The notes below the pieces were generated by a model. That model did no database searches. It had not been told where the DNA came from and saw nothing but the letters and a program-made list of their open reading frames with translations. A stretch of DNA of 64,000 nucleotides from the IMG/VR virus record IMGVR_UViG_3300042691_037929, positions 5,899-69,898 of that record. One strand, 5' to 3'. Every line of letters begins with the position of its first letter. Position 1 is the first letter of the stretch. Shown here piece by piece: positions 60,435 to 64,000 of this stretch. The position numbers and the translations under genes are program-made. This stretch comes from a virus.

Positions 60435-60578
60435 ATGAATTATAGCCATAAGTCTAATTACAGAAATAGATGTAGAGATTTAGACAATAAAATGCCAAAG
60501 TCTCCAGAAGGAGCATTTAAAAGACATAATTGGGAAGGCTGGGATGATTATAGAGAATTTTTTAAAAACTTATCTTGA
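60435..60578 (+). CDS. 47-aa ORF resembling one phage integrase-repeat unit
   Basis: Hand translation: MNYSHKSNYRNRCRDLDNKMPKSPEGAFKRHNWEGWDDYREFFKNLS; PxxP...WxGWxD motif. Confidence 0.45.
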   Translation: MNYSHKSNYRNRCRDLDNKMPKSPEGAFKRHNWEGWDDYREFFKNLS

Positions 60579-60592
60579 AAATTTTTAATTAT

Positions 60593-60627
60593 AAAATGAG
60601 TTACATATTGTGACTCATTTTTTTTTT
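60593..60627 (+). terminator. Intrinsic terminator
   Basis: AAAATGAGTTAC-ATATT-GTGACTCATTTT plus T run. Confidence 0.8.
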
Positions 60628-60664
60628 ATATATTTATATTATATTAGATAAAATATTATTTAAA

Positions 60665-62419
60665 ATGGACAAAAAAGATTTAAAAAAACTTATAAGAGAG
60701 GCAATACAGAAAGAGTTGGCTAAAAAGAAAATGGCTGAAAGTGAAGTAAACGCACCAGAAAAAACTGAAACAGAAAAAGGTACTGATAAAGGTGAAAAAC
60801 CAAAAGGAATTCCCAAAAGAGACCCAAACATTCATGAGAAACCTAAGACAAAAGCTGTAAAAAAAGGTAAAAATCCAGTAGTTGCAAAAATTCAAAAAGA
60901 ATCTTATAAGTTAGATAATAGATATGATTTAGAAAGGAAATTTAAAGCGTTAGACGAATATAATAAATATAGAAGACTAATAAATGAAGCTCCTATGAGA
61001 CCAGAAGATGAAGCTTCAGCAAATAGGTATATTAATCCAAATATAAAGTCAGGATTTTCAGGTGAAGAAGAATCTGAATATACTCCATTTAAACATATGG
61101 AAATTTTTCAAAGAGGAGAGCCTGATTTTAAAACCATTTCAAGATTAGCTACAGAGGAATTTAATGAAGTTTTGAGAAATGCAAGAGAAGCTGGTATATT
61201 AAATGGAATGAATTTAATGCAAACAGCTATGATGGCAAGTATGTTAGAGCAAAGACATAGAGATGCTCTAGAAAGATTAGCTTTAGATACTGTACAAAGA
61301 ACTTTTGGTGTAGAAGATAGAATCATGGAAAAAATTGAAGCTTCTTTAAAGCCTATGGGACAAGGTGGAATGGATGTAGAAGATGATTCTGGGATGGATT
61401 TACAACAACAGTTAGAGCAGACTTTAGAAGATGATTTTACACCAGAAGAACAAGAGTTAATCAAAAAGCATGTAGACAAAAGAGTTATGCAAAACTTATT
61501 GTCAATGGGTGCTGGATATAGAAGTCACAAGACTATTCAAGATATAAGAGCTGAAGTTCAGGCGATAAATCCAGAACTTTATGAATTATATATGAGAATT
61601 ATGCCAACTGCTGAACTTATGGTTTGGTCTTTTGACCCTACTCAAACTGGCATGAGAACTAATATGGGTAAATCTGAATTGAAGTTTGAAGAAGAAGAGC
61701 AGGAGCCAGAAGAAGAGCAGGGACAAGAACAAGAACAAGAGCAAGAAGAAGAAGCTCCTATGAGACAAGTTACTGGAGCTGAGGCATCAGCTTATTTGTT
61801 TCCAATATTATTGCATGAAGTTGCTAAGTCTGTAGTTGAATATATATTTGCTTATAGTTTAGAACAAATGACTGCAAGAGTTCAGAAAGCAGTATTGAAA
61901 AGAGCTGACTCATATCAAGAAGAACATTGGATGAAACTTCTTGGACCAAGAGTTTGGAAAAAAATGCATGATGCAATTGATTATATAGTTCATGATAGAG
62001 GGGATGATTATACTATAGTATCTCATTTATTGTATGAATTAGGAATGTTGCCACCAGATGAATTTTTAAGTATAATGGATGACATACTTCATAATGGTCC
62101 TAGAGCAATCGAAAGGCTTGAAGCTATGTTAGATGAACTGGAAGAAGATATTAATGATTATGTGGAAGAAAATAATGGTGAACAGCCAGCTCCAGAAGAT
62201 TATATAGAAGGAGCCCCTAATGCACAAGATATTTTAGACGCTATAAATAATGAAGACCCAAGATTGCAAGTCCCTGAAGCTGGTGAAGATAACAATTTAG
62301 GAAATGTTAATTTTGCTCAAATGAATATAGATGAACTTAATGACGCTCTTGGTAATGCTTTAGAAAATGAAGATTATGAAGCTGCTGCTAAAATTCGTGA
62401 TGAAATAAATAAAAGATAA
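60665..62419 (+). CDS. Acidic late protein with C-terminal UVR (UvrB/C) domain
   Basis: TATTTATA at 60631; N-terminal LKKLIREAI; [10 protein letters not shown]; C-terminal [17 protein letters not shown]. Confidence 0.7.
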   Translation: MDKKDLKKLIREAIQKELAKKKMAESEVNAPEKTETEKGTDKGEKPKGIPKRDPNIHEKPKTKAVKKGKNPVVAKIQKESYKLDNRYDLERKFKALDEYNKYRRLINEAPMRPEDEASANRYINPNIKSGFSGEEESEYTPFKHMEIFQRGEPDFKTISRLATEEFNEVLRNAREAGILNGMNLMQTAMMASMLEQRHRDALERLALDTVQRTFGVEDRIMEKIEASLKPMGQGGMDVEDDSGMDLQQQLEQTLEDDFTPEEQELIKKHVDKRVMQNLLSMGAGYRSHKTIQDIRAEVQAINPELYELYMRIMPTAELMVWSFDPTQTGMRTNMGKSELKFEEEEQEPEEEQGQEQEQEQEEEAPMRQVTGAEASAYLFPILLHEVAKSVVEYIFAYSLEQMTARVQKAVLKRADSYQEEHWMKLLGPRVWKKMHDAIDYIVHDRGDDYTIVSHLLYELGMLPPDEFLSIMDDILHNGPRAIERLEAMLDELEEDINDYVEENNGEQPAPEDYIEGAPNAQDILDAINNEDPRLQVPEAGEDNNLGNVNFAQMNIDELNDALGNALENEDYEAAAKIRDEINKR

Positions 62420-62475
62420 TTTTTTATTTACTTTATCAAAAAAAATTATATATTGCTATTATAAAAATATAAATT

Positions 62476-62658
62476 ATGAAAAAGCCAAAAAATACAGCAA
62501 TTACAAAGAGGAGAGCAGTTAAGAAAGGTAAAAAAAGATTAGAAAGAAAAAAAATTGCCAAAAAACACCTCGAACAGAAAAAAGAACTTAAAGAGGCCAT
62601 AAAAAGAAAAGAAGAAAAAATCTGGAATGATTATTATAATAGTTTAATGGGTCAATAA
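62476..62658 (+). CDS. Small highly basic protein
   Basis: 60 aa, K/R-rich; own TTTACT-N16-TATATT promoter (62427-62454) and terminator. Confidence 0.6.
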   Translation: MKKPKNTAITKRRAVKKGKKRLERKKIAKKHLEQKKELKEAIKRKEEKIWNDYYNSLMGQ

Positions 62659-62668
62659 AATCAATAAT

Positions 62669-62697
62669 AAAAAAGAGCGCTATAAGTGCTCTTTTTT
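62669..62697 (+). terminator. Intrinsic terminator
   Basis: A6-GAGCGC-TATAA-GTGCTC-T6. Confidence 0.85.
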
Positions 62698-62742
62698 GTT
62701 TTATTTAACTATTTATATTTATAATATTACTAAACATCTTTT

Positions 62743-63411
62743 ATGTTAAGCAAGAATCAAATAGACAAATTTATTTTGAATGAAGCTCTTAAGTATCTTA
62801 AGGAAGAAGATAAAGAATTTTCTTTTGAAGATTCTATTAAACAGGCTGAAGATAATCTGACAAATACAAAAGATAAAATAAAAACAATCACAACTAAGTT
62901 ACAAGCAAAAAAACAAGTTCAAACTGCAATAAAAGACCCAGAAGAAAAAAAATTGGCAGACCAAGACGTTAAAGTTACACAATCAGATTTGGAAGATGAA
63001 AAAAAACAATTAAAGGCTTCTGAGGAACAATTAAAAAATCTTGAAACTCAACAAAAAGATTTTGAAAAAAATAAATCAAAAACTTCAACCGTAATACCAG
63101 AGGCTTTACAGATAAATCCTATACAAAAGGTTCAGCAAACAAAAAAGGTTGTACCAGTTCAACAAAGTTCAGTTCAACAAAAACCTGCTTTACAAAAAAA
63201 GAAAGAATTGATTGTTAGATTTGATGCTAATACAGCAAGTCCTTTTACTGTTAAATTTACAAATAGAGGGTTTTTAATTGGCGATACAAGATTGAGTTTT
63301 GAACTTTTAGATAAGGCAATTTCTAAAAATTTCTCCATTACATTAGAAAACGGTTTTATATTAACTCCAATTAAAATGCAAAAAATTCTAAAATATAAAG
63401 ATAGAGTTTAA
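62743..63411 (+). CDS. Coiled-coil late protein
   Basis: Tandem TATTTATA at 62710 and 62716; N-terminal ILNEALKYLKEE; coiled coil. Confidence 0.6.
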   Translation: MLSKNQIDKFILNEALKYLKEEDKEFSFEDSIKQAEDNLTNTKDKIKTITTKLQAKKQVQTAIKDPEEKKLADQDVKVTQSDLEDEKKQLKASEEQLKNLETQQKDFEKNKSKTSTVIPEALQINPIQKVQQTKKVVPVQQSSVQQKPALQKKKELIVRFDANTASPFTVKFTNRGFLIGDTRLSFELLDKAISKNFSITLENGFILTPIKMQKILKYKDRV

Positions 63412-63414
63412 TGT

Positions 63415-63843
63415 ATGAGAAAAGGAAGAAAAAGAAAGTTAATATTAGAAACAAACAAATATGAACAGCCAATAAAGGGTTCATATAATAATATTATAGA
63501 ATTTCAATCACTTTCCTTTGAACCATTAATTAAAAATAGATTTTTGGTTCAACTAGAAAACGACAATGAAGACACATTTATAGATTCGTCAAAAATCAAA
63601 TCTATACAAATTAAATCTAATAAAAATAATTCTTTTATTGTTTTAGAGCCGTTTTTGCATATACATGAATGGGTTGAGAATTATAAAAAAATGAATATTT
63701 GTAAAATATTCTTTCTTGACCCAACAGGACTCGTCATTAAAAGTTTTGATTATGACATTTCATATTTTGGTTATGAATATGAGTTAAACTATTCTGATTC
63801 AGACATTTTTGCGCCAAAAATTTTTTATAATTTCTATGAATAA
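63415..63843 (+). CDS. Diverged tail-tube paralogue 3
   Basis: FEPLIKNRFLVQL vs tube QEPKRKNRFVLEF; FLDPTGLVIK vs ALDPVGVEVE; LNYSDSD vs YDYGADD. Confidence 0.75.
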   Translation: MRKGRKRKLILETNKYEQPIKGSYNNIIEFQSLSFEPLIKNRFLVQLENDNEDTFIDSSKIKSIQIKSNKNNSFIVLEPFLHIHEWVENYKKMNICKIFFLDPTGLVIKSFDYDISYFGYEYELNYSDSDIFAPKIFYNFYE

Positions 63844-63949
63844 TTTTTTTTTGTAGAAAAAATATCAAAAATTTTTTTTTATACAATTAAAAGTGCTACA
63901 TTTGTATTGTAATTAATTTATTTATTAACAAAAAAAACAAAAAAGTAGT

Positions 63950-64000
63950 ATGGAGTTTTTAGGACACACTTCTAGTAGAATTCAAAAAAACACAAAAACA
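63950..64000 (+). CDS. 3'-truncated ORF
   Basis: ATG after TACATTTG (63897-63904); open to the window end (MEFLGHTSSRIQKNTKT). Confidence 0.4.
   Translation, partial: MEFLGHTSSRIQKNTKT

Noticed and set aside
2013-61768. Numerous short antisense or alternate-frame ORFs in the track (e.g. 2013-2213, 14516-14821, 46643-47101, 50147-50605, 61108-61479)
   Set aside because: They lie wholly or largely within well-supported genes and have no recognisable motifs; they are shadows of codon bias.
1-64000. Stop-codon reassignment, as in some Bacteroidota phages
   Set aside because: Conserved genes are full length in the standard code and coding density is high; TAG ends several ORFs.
1-64000. tRNA/rRNA genes
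   Set aside because: Intergenic gaps are short and AT-rich with no cloverleaf or T-loop signature visible by eye; a tRNAscan run would be decisive.

Overview
This is a very AT-rich, gene-dense 64 kb segment of a large (probably jumbo) contractile-tailed phage with T4-like gene families, read in the standard genetic code. The host is probably a Bacteroidota bacterium. That inference rests on several TTTG-N20-TAnnTTTG promoters, a DnaE with an N-terminal DEDDh exonuclease, an nrdB-nrdA class Ia pair and a Bacteroidota-type PAS domain. Virion genes include tail sheath and tube, a 13 kb repeat-built tail-fibre cluster, terminase, portal, holin, two gp26/gp51-like chaperones, tape measure and baseplate proteins (one with an M15 peptidase). 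Replication genes include dnaE, recD2, polA, gp32-like SSB, RecA-like recombinase, 5'-3' exonuclease and nrdAB. Three promoter classes are visible. The strongest candidate for an undescribed system is a dispersed set of 6-7 intact but truncated, highly diverged paralogues of the phage's own structural proteins: three tail-tube-like, one terminase-ATPase-only and two to three major-capsid fragments. Most lie behind early/middle-type promoters. They correspond to proteins that bacterial immune sensors detect, so they may act as decoys. All assignments come from manual motif recognition; no searches were run.
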